Positions 9,605-22,313 of a DNA stretch of 64,000 nucleotides are shown here, in pieces. The DNA is from Allosphingosinicella sp. Lineage in GTDB: Bacteria > Pseudomonadota > Alphaproteobacteria > Sphingomonadales > Sphingomonadaceae. How positions within the stretch are numbered: position 1 is the first letter of the stretch; every line of letters starts with the position of its first letter. The notes below the pieces were generated by a model. It did not search any database. It saw nothing but the letters and a program-made list of their open reading frames with translations, and was not told the origin of the DNA. A program made the position numbers and the translations under genes. The stretch lies in assembly GCF_036570505.1 (NCBI RefSeq), contig NZ_DATCYB010000085.1, positions 1,503 through 65,502 on the forward strand, read 5' to 3'.

Positions 9605-10273
9605 CTAGGCGCCACGCGCCTGGGCTCTCGCCTCGAGGAGATCCCACAGCCCGAAATGCTGGATGACGACCTGCTCGGCGCCGAAATACATGGCGCGCTG
9701 GACCGACGGCGAGGTCGCGAAGCTGTCGGCGAGGAGATGGATTGCGGCCGGATCGGTGAACGGCCAGACCGGGCTTTCGACGCCGAAACGCCGCGCGGCC
9801 GTGTCGAGCACGCCGCGGATCGCGCTCCAGTCGATGACGACCGCCATCGCCGCGCCCAGGGCGCAGCCGTTCCGCTCCGACTGCGACAGCATCTCCATCG
9901 CGTGACGCTGCCCGAGCACGGCGCCTTCGCTGTCGCCCGATCCCGGGGTGCTGGGAAGCGGCCCGGCGGCGACGGCGAGCCGCGCGAGATAGGCGCGCTC
10001 GGCGGCGAAGGCATAGGTCGCGTCCGCCAGCCAGCGCCGTGCCCCGGCATCGACGCAGCGGTTGGAGGCGTGGTCGACCACGCCCGGATAGCGGCCGTGA
10101 AGGGCGCCGAGGAAATGCACCGCGTCGGCCAGGTTGCGGGCCGCGTCCGGGCCTTTCAGCAGCGGGTCGGAGGTGAGCCAGGCATGCGCCGCGCTGCCCT
10201 GGGCGGCCGCGCAGCCCAGCAACAGCTCGCCGGCGCGAATGCCGCCTGCAAGACCGACCGATGCTGAAGCCAT
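9605..10273 (-). CDS. conserved hypothetical protein
   Basis: 222-aa ORF starting at MASASVGLAGG. Coding-like composition, 41 nt upstream of moxR on the same strand. No motif I can name. Confidence 0.5.
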   Translation of the reverse strand: MASASVGLAGGIRAGELLLGCAAAQGSAAHAWLTSDPLLKGPDAARNLADAVHFLGALHGRYPGVVDHASNRCVDAGARRWLADATYAFAAERAYLARLAVAAGPLPSTPGSGDSEGAVLGQRHAMEMLSQSERNGCALGAAMAVVIDWSAIRGVLDTAARRFGVESPVWPFTDPAAIHLLADSFATSPSVQRAMYFGAEQVVIQHFGLWDLLEARAQARGA

Positions 10274-10480
10274 GTGAGGCCCTCCCGAAACGATAAACCC
10301 GAAGTCCGCGGCCTTATCCACCATCTACCTAAACCGATTGGCGTAAAAACGAGGTTTACGCGGCGTTAGGGGCGCAGAAAGCTGTGGAAAACTTGCCGTG
10401 GCCCCTTCGAACCAACGACTTGCCGCCGCCCCGCGCCCGCCGCCCGCCCTCGTAATGTATAACCATATAGGATAATTCCC

Positions 10481-10517
10481 TTGACATTTCCGCCCAAAAA
10501 TAGAACATACCAAGAAC
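10481..10517 (+). promoter_or_regulatory. orphan promoter-like element with LexA (SOS) box-like GAAC-N7-GAAC
   Basis: TTGACA at 10481-10486 in a locally AT-rich patch. GAACATACCAAGAAC at 10503-10517 fits the alphaproteobacterial LexA direct-repeat box (GTTC-N7-GTTC on the other strand). GGGAGG SD and ATG 10532 follow. Confidence 0.4.
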
Positions 10518-10603
10518 TGCGGGAGGCGCGGATGGCGAAGGCGGCGGGGCGCGGCGGCTCGAGAAACCGGGGCAGGCGGAAGGTCGGCGGACCGTGGTGG
10601 TAG

Positions 10604-10780
10604 GTATGGCTGCACGGCCGCTTCCCCGAGCTGGAAGCGGAGATGATGGGGATGATCGCGGGCGGGGGTTATGAGGGACCCGGCGCGTTGCCGGACCGGG
10701 CGGATGCGATGGTGTGGGGATTACGGAGTTGCTTCTGGGGAAGGAGAGGGCGGAGCCGAGTGTTGTGAGGCCGAAGTGTA
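10604..10780 (+). pseudogene. C-terminal remnant of a phage/GTA-type terminase large subunit
   Basis: Translation is VWLHGRFPELEAEMMGMIAGGGYEGPGALPDRADAMVWG, then a -1 shift to ITELLLGKERAEPSVVRP. This matches the conserved TerL C-terminal pattern FPELEDE...SPDRADALVWA.TEL. An in-frame TAG lies immediately upstream and no N-terminal domain is present. Confidence 0.5.
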
Positions 10781-11045
10781 AGCTTCACAACAGGGGGGAG
10801 GTCACCTTTGGTTGCTGTTAGAGCGCCCGTACTTGACCATCAATTCACGCTTTCTCTCCTGAAGACTGGCCACCATCTTGTCTAGCTTCGCGCGAGCCTA
10901 GTTTGCTTCCTTTCGCTTCCATTTCAGCAGCTGGATCGTGCGCTCAACAGCGACAACAATCTTCGACGCCTCTTCTACAGACGCATAGGATGGCCCCTAC
11001 TAAGCTGCTGGCGCCGGAATTCACGGCGTGGAGCAGGTTTACCGA

Positions 11046-11276
11046 CTATTCGTTGGCTCTACCAAGTTCCTCGTCGAGAATTGATTTCGCTTCTATAGCA
11101 AGTGCTTTGAACGTAGCGGAATGCTCTGTGGGGAGGAAAAGGCCGGTTATGCTGCTCCCTTTGACAAAGAGAGGGAGCAGAGCGGCCATATCGTCGGCAA
11201 TTTTTGTCACCTCTTCGATCACGGGTAGAACGTCGCTGGACAGCTGGTCGCGGACTACCCCAATTTGCTCTGTCAC
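11046..11276 (-). CDS. hypothetical protein, probably the 5' part of a decayed low-GC gene
   Basis: 76-aa GTG-start ORF in a roughly 50% GC patch. Helical-looking sequence continues past its TAG stop (see findings). Confidence 0.3.
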   Translation of the reverse strand: MTEQIGVVRDQLSSDVLPVIEEVTKIADDMAALLPLFVKGSSITGLFLPTEHSATFKALAIEAKSILDEELGRANE

Positions 11277-11342
11277 CGCGGATGACGCCGTGCGACCTAC
11301 ATTGGAGTTGACGCGGAGCGGCGGCGATAAATCGCCGCCGGA

Positions 11343-11630
11343 TCACGCAGCCAACCGCACCCAATCCTGCTCGGCCTCGACCGGCTCGGGCTCCGCGTGG
11401 GCCTCGACGTCGGCGGCCTGGCGCGGCTCCGGATAGACCCAGCGAGACACGAAAACGACCGCACCGGCCGCCGCATAGCCGGCGAGGGTCACGACCGGGT
11501 TGAAGAAGAGCAGCAGAGGAAGCGCCAGCCGCAGCCAGATGGGATTGAAACCGAAATCGTCGCCGATCGCCTGGCACACGCCGAAGAAAGTGTCGTCGCG
11601 GGCGATGAGGGAAGGCTGGGCGGTTGGCAT
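11343..11630 (-). CDS. PspC domain-containing membrane protein
   Basis: LIARDDTFFGVCQAIGDDFGFNPIWLRLALPLLLFF is the PspC-domain signature. A second TM helix and an acidic tail follow. Confidence 0.8.
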   Translation of the reverse strand: MPTAQPSLIARDDTFFGVCQAIGDDFGFNPIWLRLALPLLLFFNPVVTLAGYAAAGAVVFVSRWVYPEPRQAADVEAHAEPEPVEAEQDWVRLAA

Positions 11631-11918
11631 GTTGGGGCTCCTGTTGAGTTGGTTGCGGGGTGTAGAGCAGGAGCCGTGCCAGATTGGGGAAGGCGGGGGC
11701 TTTCAGGGGGTTGATGGGGATAAGGGTTCGGCGCGGGCGCTGATGTAGTGAGATGCGCCACCAATTGTTGGGAAATTTCGCCAATGCCCGTATACCCGCA
11801 TCCGTGGTGCTAAGCGTTTCTTCGTGGGAGTGAGCGTCCGGGCCATATAATTCGGCCTTATCGACCGACCCGGGATTTTAGTTGGCAATCCCGCTCGGGA
11901 CGGGCGACCTTTCGGTCC

Positions 11919-12269
11919 ATGTCAGCGGAACCCCCGGCCATCCCTTCGCCCGTCGAACCCCTCGTGATCAGCGGCGCGGTCACCGACGCGTACGACAACC
12001 GAAGCATCGCGACGGTGAACGATCATGAGATTCGCCTGAGCGTCATGACCTCCGGCTTTCCCTGGCATCGCCACCCGGACTCGGATGAAACCTTCGCCGT
12101 TCTCGAAGGCGAGCTGGTCATCGAGTTCGAAGCCGGCGAGGTCATCTTGAAGCCGGGCCAGATGCTGACGGTGCCGCGGGGCGTCCTCCACCGCACCCGG
12201 CCAAAGGGTGCGCGATCGGTCAACATCACGTTCGAACGGGTGGGGGCGGGGACGGAGTTTGTGGGGTGA
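11919..12269 (+). CDS. cupin domain protein
   Basis: 116 aa. Cupin motifs WHRHPDSDETFAVLEG and PRGVLHR. Confidence 0.8.
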   Translation: MSAEPPAIPSPVEPLVISGAVTDAYDNRSIATVNDHEIRLSVMTSGFPWHRHPDSDETFAVLEGELVIEFEAGEVILKPGQMLTVPRGVLHRTRPKGARSVNITFERVGAGTEFVG

Positions 12270-12308
12270 GGGTAAGAGCGATGAGGCGGGGTGTTGAAGA
12301 GAAGAGGC

Positions 12309-12333
12309 CGTCACGGGAGTGAATCCCGTGACG
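12309..12333 (+). terminator. stem-loop downstream of the cupin gene
   Basis: Perfect 9-bp stem CGTCACGGG / CCCGTGACG with a 7-nt loop. No T-tract. Confidence 0.35.
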
Positions 12334-12386
12334 TCGATCGGGTTCAGCCTTGCTGACCCGTCGGCCGGCCTGCGCGGTCTCTTCGA

Positions 12387-12423
12387 CATAAGCTCGGATT
12401 TGCTGCGCAAATCAGAGCTTATG
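12387..12423 (-). terminator. long stem-loop 14 nt downstream of the rpoD stop
   Basis: CATAAGCTCgGATTTGC tgc GCAAATCaGAGCTTATG: 16 paired positions with one internal mismatch. Weak T-tract. Confidence 0.5.
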
Positions 12424-12436
12424 CTCGGCCGCTTGG

Positions 12437-14464
<2,028 letters not shown>

Positions 14465-14477
14465 TCGCACGCCTTAA

Positions 14478-16328
14478 TCAATTCGCCAGGTCGGCCGCGT
14501 CGCCCTCGATCAGGGCCGCGAGCCGGCTGTCCGCTTCATCCCGCGCCGCCCGGAGCCGTTGCTGCTCCGCGAAAGCGGCTTCGTCGCCTTCTTCCTTCAA
14601 CCGCGTGGTCGCCGCCTCGAGCGCCGCGTCAAGTCCTGGCCGTGCCGCCAAAGTCTCGATGACCAGAACGAGATCGCGGCGAGCACGTTCCGGGTCGGCG
14701 TCACGTCGGATAAAGGAAAAGGCCAAACCTTGCTTTAAGCGCAGCTCCTCCATGAGAGCCGCCGCGCCCGTCTGCGCCAATATGGTATTCAGGCCCTCCT
14801 GATCAAGCTCGCCGTGATGGAGGGCCGCATCGAGCAGCGCGGCGCGGAGCCCGGCGGCGGCTTTTTCGGCAAGCGGAAGAGCGGCAATCGCCTCGGCGTG
14901 CCCCCCGATGACGTCCGGAAAGCGCAGCAATCCGTGGAGTACCGCGCGCCCGGTCTGGCCGCCGAGGCCGCCCGTGCCGACCGCCCGGGCCTGCGGCGAA
15001 GTCGGGCGTTGAGGCACGAACTTGCCGCCTTTCGCCCAAGGCTGCTTCGGGCTCCAGGGTTCGCGTTTGGGGCGAGTGAGGGTGTTGAACCGCTCCAGCA
15101 GATCGTGGCGATACTGGTCGCGCACGTCGGGATCGCCGATCGCGGAGACGTGGTCGAGGAGGCGGCGCTTGAGGCCGGCGCGCTGTTCGGGCGTGGCGAG
15201 GGTCTCGGATATGCTTTCGTGGCGCCAGAGCCGGTCGACCAGGGATTCCGGCTTTTCGAGCAGCTCTTCGAGCGCGGCGCGGCCTTTGGCGCGGAGGAGA
15301 TCGTCGGGATCCTGGCCCGGCGGCAGGGTGACGAAACCCAGCGAGCGGCCCGGGCTGACATGGGGAAGGGCGCGGAGGGCGGCGCGGACTCCGGCCTTCT
15401 GCCCGGCCGCGTCGCCGTCGAAGCAGAGGATGGGGGAGGGCGCGAGCCGCCAGAGCAGCCCGAGTTGCCCTTCGGTTAGGGCGGTGCCGAGCGGGGCCAC
15501 CCCCTCGCCGATCCCGGCGCGGTCGAGGGCGATCACGTCCATCTGGCCTTCGACGACGATCACCCGCCCGGCGGCCCGGCTGGCGGGCCCCGCCTTGTCG
15601 AGATTGAACAGGGTGCGGCCCTTGTCGAACAAAGGCGTATCGGGCGAGTTCAGATATTTGGGCTCGCCGGCGCCGAGGATGCGCGCGCTGAACGCGATGC
15701 AGCGGCCGCGCGCGTCGCGGATCGGGAAGGTGAGCCGGCCCCGGAAGCGGTCGTACGGTTCCTTCCCCTCCTCGGGGAGGATCAGCAGTCCGGCCTCGAC
15801 CAGCTTGTCGTTGCCGAAGGCCTTGAGGGCGCTTTTCAGCTTGCCGCGCGCGTCCGGCGCGAAACCGAAGCCGAACTTGCGCCGCGTCGCCTCGTCGATG
15901 CCGCGCAGCTCGAGATAGTCGCGGGCCGGGCCGCCCTCTACGCCGCCCAGCTGTTCGGTGAACCAGCGGGCCGCCGCTTCCATGACTTCGTATAGCCCGG
16001 CCGCGCGCTCCGCCTTGGCCTGGGCTCGCGGGTCTGGCGCGGGCACGTCCATCCCCGCAGCGTCGGCCAGCTCTTTCACCGCGTCCATGAAGCCGAGGCC
16101 CTGGGCATCGGTCAGCCACGAAATGGCGTCGCCATGCGCCTGGCAGCCGAAGCAGTGATAGAAGCCTTTCTCGTCATTGACGTAGAAGCTGGGGGTCTTC
16201 TCGCTGTGGAACGGGCAGCAGGCTTTGAATTCGCGACCGGCGCGGGTGAGCTTCAGCTGTTTCTGTATAAGGGACGAGAGCGCGGTGCGGGCGCGGAGTT
16301 CGTCGAGGAATTGGGGGGAGAGGCTCAT
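14478..16328 (-). CDS. dnaG: DNA primase DnaG
   Basis: Zinc ribbon CCPFHSEKTPSFYVNDEKGFYHCFGC. TOPRIM motifs VIVVEGQMDVIAL and LCFDGDAAGQKA. Confidence 0.95.
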   Translation of the reverse strand: MSLSPQFLDELRARTALSSLIQKQLKLTRAGREFKACCPFHSEKTPSFYVNDEKGFYHCFGCQAHGDAISWLTDAQGLGFMDAVKELADAAGMDVPAPDPRAQAKAERAAGLYEVMEAAARWFTEQLGGVEGGPARDYLELRGIDEATRRKFGFGFAPDARGKLKSALKAFGNDKLVEAGLLILPEEGKEPYDRFRGRLTFPIRDARGRCIAFSARILGAGEPKYLNSPDTPLFDKGRTLFNLDKAGPASRAAGRVIVVEGQMDVIALDRAGIGEGVAPLGTALTEGQLGLLWRLAPSPILCFDGDAAGQKAGVRAALRALPHVSPGRSLGFVTLPPGQDPDDLLRAKGRAALEELLEKPESLVDRLWRHESISETLATPEQRAGLKRRLLDHVSAIGDPDVRDQYRHDLLERFNTLTRPKREPWSPKQPWAKGGKFVPQRPTSPQARAVGTGGLGGQTGRAVLHGLLRFPDVIGGHAEAIAALPLAEKAAAGLRAALLDAALHHGELDQEGLNTILAQTGAAALMEELRLKQGLAFSFIRRDADPERARRDLVLVIETLAARPGLDAALEAATTRLKEEGDEAAFAEQQRLRAARDEADSRLAALIEGDAADLAN

Positions 16329-16762
16329 TTATCTCCCCTCCCGCCTGCGGGAGGGGTTGGGGAGGGCCTGTCCAGCAACGCACGCTCGATCACCTGAACC
16401 ACGCCGTCGGTGTTTTCGAGCACATCGTTGTTCCAGAACCTGATCACGCGATAACCTTCAGACTTCAGATAAGCGGTCCGCCCGGCACCCGTTTTCGCCT
16501 GCTCCGCGTGCTGCCCGCCATCTACTTCTATAATCAGCTTTGGGCCCCGCGACACGAAATCGCAGATGAAGGGCCCGATCGGGAACTTGGTGTTGAAACG
16601 TGTGTCGACAATTTGGCGCGCCCGAATCCTTGACCAAAGCCGGCGTTCGGCGGGGATCATGTTTCGGCGGAGTTCGCGCGAGCGGGCGGTCGGGCGGTTG
16701 GAGGCCTTGTCGGTGTAGGGCTTTCTTTTGGTCACAGGCCCTCCCCCTACCCCCTCCCGCAA
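16325..16762 (-). CDS. DUF559 endonuclease-domain protein (Vsr-like fold)
   Basis: ARSRELRRNMIPAERRLWSRIRARQ...FICDFVSRGPKLIIEVDGGQHAE...GYRVIRFWNNDV is the DUF559 pattern. Its TGA overlaps the dnaG ATG (ATGA). The real start may be GTG 16735. Both termini are encoded by flanking repeats. Confidence 0.85.
   Translation of the reverse strand: MREGVGGGPVTKRKPYTDKASNRPTARSRELRRNMIPAERRLWSRIRARQIVDTRFNTKFPIGPFICDFVSRGPKLIIEVDGGQHAEQAKTGAGRTAYLKSEGYRVIRFWNNDVLENTDGVVQVIERALLDRPSPTPPAGGRGDK
16335..16368. repeat. GC-rich palindromic repeat, copy 1 (dnaG/DUF559 junction)
   Basis: CCCCTCCCGCCTGCGGGAGGGG (10-bp arms) plus tail TTGGGGAGGGCC. Confidence 0.9.
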
Positions 16763-16772
16763 GCGGGAGGGG
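16737..16772. repeat. GC-rich palindromic repeat, copy 2, inverted (DUF559/yqeY junction)
   Basis: GGCCCTCCCCCTA plus CCCCTCCCGCAAGCGGGAGGGG. Its reverse complement matches copy 1 except for the loop base, one tail mismatch and one 1-nt indel. Confidence 0.9.
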
Positions 16773-16775
16773 AGA

Positions 16776-17228
16776 TTAGCCCAATCGCGCCTTCACCATC
16801 CCGCTCGCCTTGGCCATGTCGATCTCGCCCGCGTGGCGCTCTTTCAGGACGGCCATGACCTTGCCCATGTCCTTGATCGAGCTGGCGCCGGTTTCGGCGA
16901 TGATCTGGTCGATGGCGGCGTTGGCTTCCGCCTCGCTCATCTGCTGGGGGAGGAAGTCCTCGATCACGGCGACTTCCGCCTTCTCCGCGTCGGCCAGCTC
17001 CTGGCGGCCGCCCTGCTCGTACATGGTGATCGATTCGCGGCGCTGCTTGATCATTTTCTGCAGCACCTCCGTCACCAGCGCGTCATCCTCGGGCGCCTTT
17101 TCGGCGCCGCGAAGCTCGATGTCGCGGTTCTTGAGCTGGGACTGGATGAGGCGGATGGTGGCGGTGCGCGGCTTGTCGCCGGCCTTCATGGCGGCGATCT
17201 GCGCCGCTTTTAATCGCTCGCGAATCAT
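16776..17228 (-). CDS. GatB/YqeY domain protein
   Basis: 150 aa starting MIRERLKAAQIAAMKAGDK, with ESITMYEQGGRQELADAEKAEVAVIEDFLPQQMSE, typical YqeY. The longer 244-aa ORF is an upstream extension. Confidence 0.9.
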   Translation of the reverse strand: MIRERLKAAQIAAMKAGDKPRTATIRLIQSQLKNRDIELRGAEKAPEDDALVTEVLQKMIKQRRESITMYEQGGRQELADAEKAEVAVIEDFLPQQMSEAEANAAIDQIIAETGASSIKDMGKVMAVLKERHAGEIDMAKASGMVKARLG

Positions 17229-17373
17229 GGGTCTCTCTATGTCGGATTTCACCGGAAAGGGAGCACGATAGCCCCCGCGTTCCGGTTTTAATAGATTGAC
17301 GCTCACCGCGCCGGCCACTAGCGGACAAGTCTTAGCGACATCGTCAAAACCGACCCCAGGAGTGCCCGACCAG

Positions 17374-18561
17374 ATGGCCGACACCAGACACACGCCCGCG
17401 CCCCTAGGAGCGACGGGCGTATTGGTCCTGGCCGACGGCAGCGTGATCTGGGGACATGGCTTCGGCGCCGAGGGCGAGGCGGTGGGCGAGGTCTGCTTCA
17501 ACACCGCCATGACCGGCTATCAGGAGGTGATGACCGATCCCTCCTACGCGGCGCAGATCGTCACCTTCACTTTTCCCCATATCGGCAATGTCGGCGCCAA
17601 TTATGAGGATCTGGAGGCGGACAACCCGTTCGCATTGGGCTGCGTGGTGCGGCAGGATGTGACGGCGCCGAGCAATTTCCGGGCGGTGCAGGGTTTCGAT
17701 CAGTGGATGAAGGCGAACGGACGGATCGGGCTTTCGGGCGTCGATACGCGAGCGCTGACGCGGAAGATACGGGTGGGCGGGGCGCCCAATGGGGTGATCG
17801 CGCATAACGCGAAGGGCGAGTTCGATGTCGAGGCGCTGCTGCGCAAGGCGCGGAAATGGCCGGGGCTGGAGGGGATGGACCTCGCCAAGGAGGTTTCGTG
17901 CCGGCAGATGTTTCGGTGGTCGCAAGGGTTGTGGCGACTGGGGCAGGGGTATGAGGGATCCCCCTCCCGCCTGCGGGAGGGGCTGGGGGAGGGGCCCCAT
18001 GTCGTCGCGATCGACTATGGCTCCAAGCGCAACATCTTCCGCAATCTGGCCGATGCCGGGGCGCGGGTGACGGTGCTGCCGGCCACCGCGACCTTCGACG
18101 AGGTGATGGCGCACGAGCCGGACGGCTTCTTCCTCTCCAACGGCCCCGGCGACCCGGCCGCGACCGGCGAATATGCAGTGCCGGTGATCCAGAAGCTGCT
18201 GGAGACGGGCAAGCCGCTCTTCGGCATCTGCCTCGGCCACCAGCTGCTGGGGCTGGCGGTGGGGGCGAGGACCACCAAGATGTTCCAGGGCCACCGCGGC
18301 GCCAACCATCCGGTGAAGCGGCTGTCGGACGGGCGGGTGGAAATCACCAGCATGAACCACGGCTTCGCGGTGGAGACCGAAAGCCTGCCGGAAAATGCGC
18401 GGGCGACGCATGTGTCGCTGTTCGACGGGAGCCTGGCGGGGCTGGAACTGACGGATCGGCCGGCGTTTTCGGTGCAATACCACCCCGAGGCGAGCCCGGG
18501 GCCGCAGGATAGCACCTATTTGTTCGAGAAGTTTGTCGACCAGTTGGAGAAAGCCAGTTGA
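17374..18561 (+). CDS. carA: carbamoyl-phosphate synthase small (glutaminase) subunit CarA
   Basis: GEVCFNTAMTGYQEVMTDPSY, GATase triad region GICLGHQLL, and HGFAV...QYHPEASPGP. Start chosen at MADTRHTPAP. Confidence 0.95.
   Translation: MADTRHTPAPLGATGVLVLADGSVIWGHGFGAEGEAVGEVCFNTAMTGYQEVMTDPSYAAQIVTFTFPHIGNVGANYEDLEADNPFALGCVVRQDVTAPSNFRAVQGFDQWMKANGRIGLSGVDTRALTRKIRVGGAPNGVIAHNAKGEFDVEALLRKARKWPGLEGMDLAKEVSCRQMFRWSQGLWRLGQGYEGSPSRLREGLGEGPHVVAIDYGSKRNIFRNLADAGARVTVLPATATFDEVMAHEPDGFFLSNGPGDPAATGEYAVPVIQKLLETGKPLFGICLGHQLLGLAVGARTTKMFQGHRGANHPVKRLSDGRVEITSMNHGFAVETESLPENARATHVSLFDGSLAGLELTDRPAFSVQYHPEASPGPQDSTYLFEKFVDQLEKAS
17961..17998. repeat. GC-rich palindromic repeat, copy 3, inside the carA coding sequence
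   Basis: CCCCTCCCGCCTGCGGGAGGGG plus CTGGGGGAGGGGCC. Read in frame as PSRLREGLGEGP in the CarA inter-domain linker. Confidence 0.9.
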
Positions 18562-18887
18562 TGCGCGCTCCTTTCTTAGCGGCGTCTGCTATCGTGCTTT
18601 GCCCTGCCTGCTCAAATGACGATCAAGCGATAAAGGCATACGAATTGACCGCTTTCGAGGCGGTTGGTGTGCAGCCAGATAGTCCTCAGCCGATTGTTCC
18701 CAATGCTCGCGAAGCGCTGCCGAGAGTCCTGACGCAATGCGGGATAACCGACCATAAGCTTGTTGATGCGAGCGATAGCGCGGTCGTTTTGCGTTTCGAT
18801 CTCGACGAGAGTGATACGCACGTCGGGGACTGCGTCCGCAGGTCAATGCCAGCCGGTGCAACTTTAGAAGAAGCGGTTTTCCCCTAA
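18561..18887 (+). CDS. small hypothetical exported protein wedged between carA and carB
   Basis: ATG overlaps the carA TGA by 1 nt. Its TAA is immediately followed by the carB ATG. N-terminus MRAPFLAASAIVLCPAC is signal-like. About 53% GC in the first 100 nt by hand count. Confidence 0.45.
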   Translation: MRAPFLAASAIVLCPACSNDDQAIKAYELTAFEAVGVQPDSPQPIVPNAREALPRVLTQCGITDHKLVDASDSAVVLRFDLDESDTHVGDCVRRSMPAGATLEEAVFP

Positions 18888-22235
<3,348 letters not shown>

Positions 22236-22313
22236 TCCTGACAAATTGCGTTAAAGTCAGGCGGTCTTTTCAAGAGAAAGACGGCTGAAACAGGTTTTAC
22301 GAAAGGCATTGAA

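Noticed and set aside
10325-10615. 96-aa minus-strand ORF, and the 177-aa plus-strand ORF at 10903-11436, in the relic region
   Set aside because: No SD or start context and Ser/Pro/Arg-rich composition. They run antisense to, or across, the promoter-like element, the terminase stump and pspC. The region is better explained as decayed mobile DNA.
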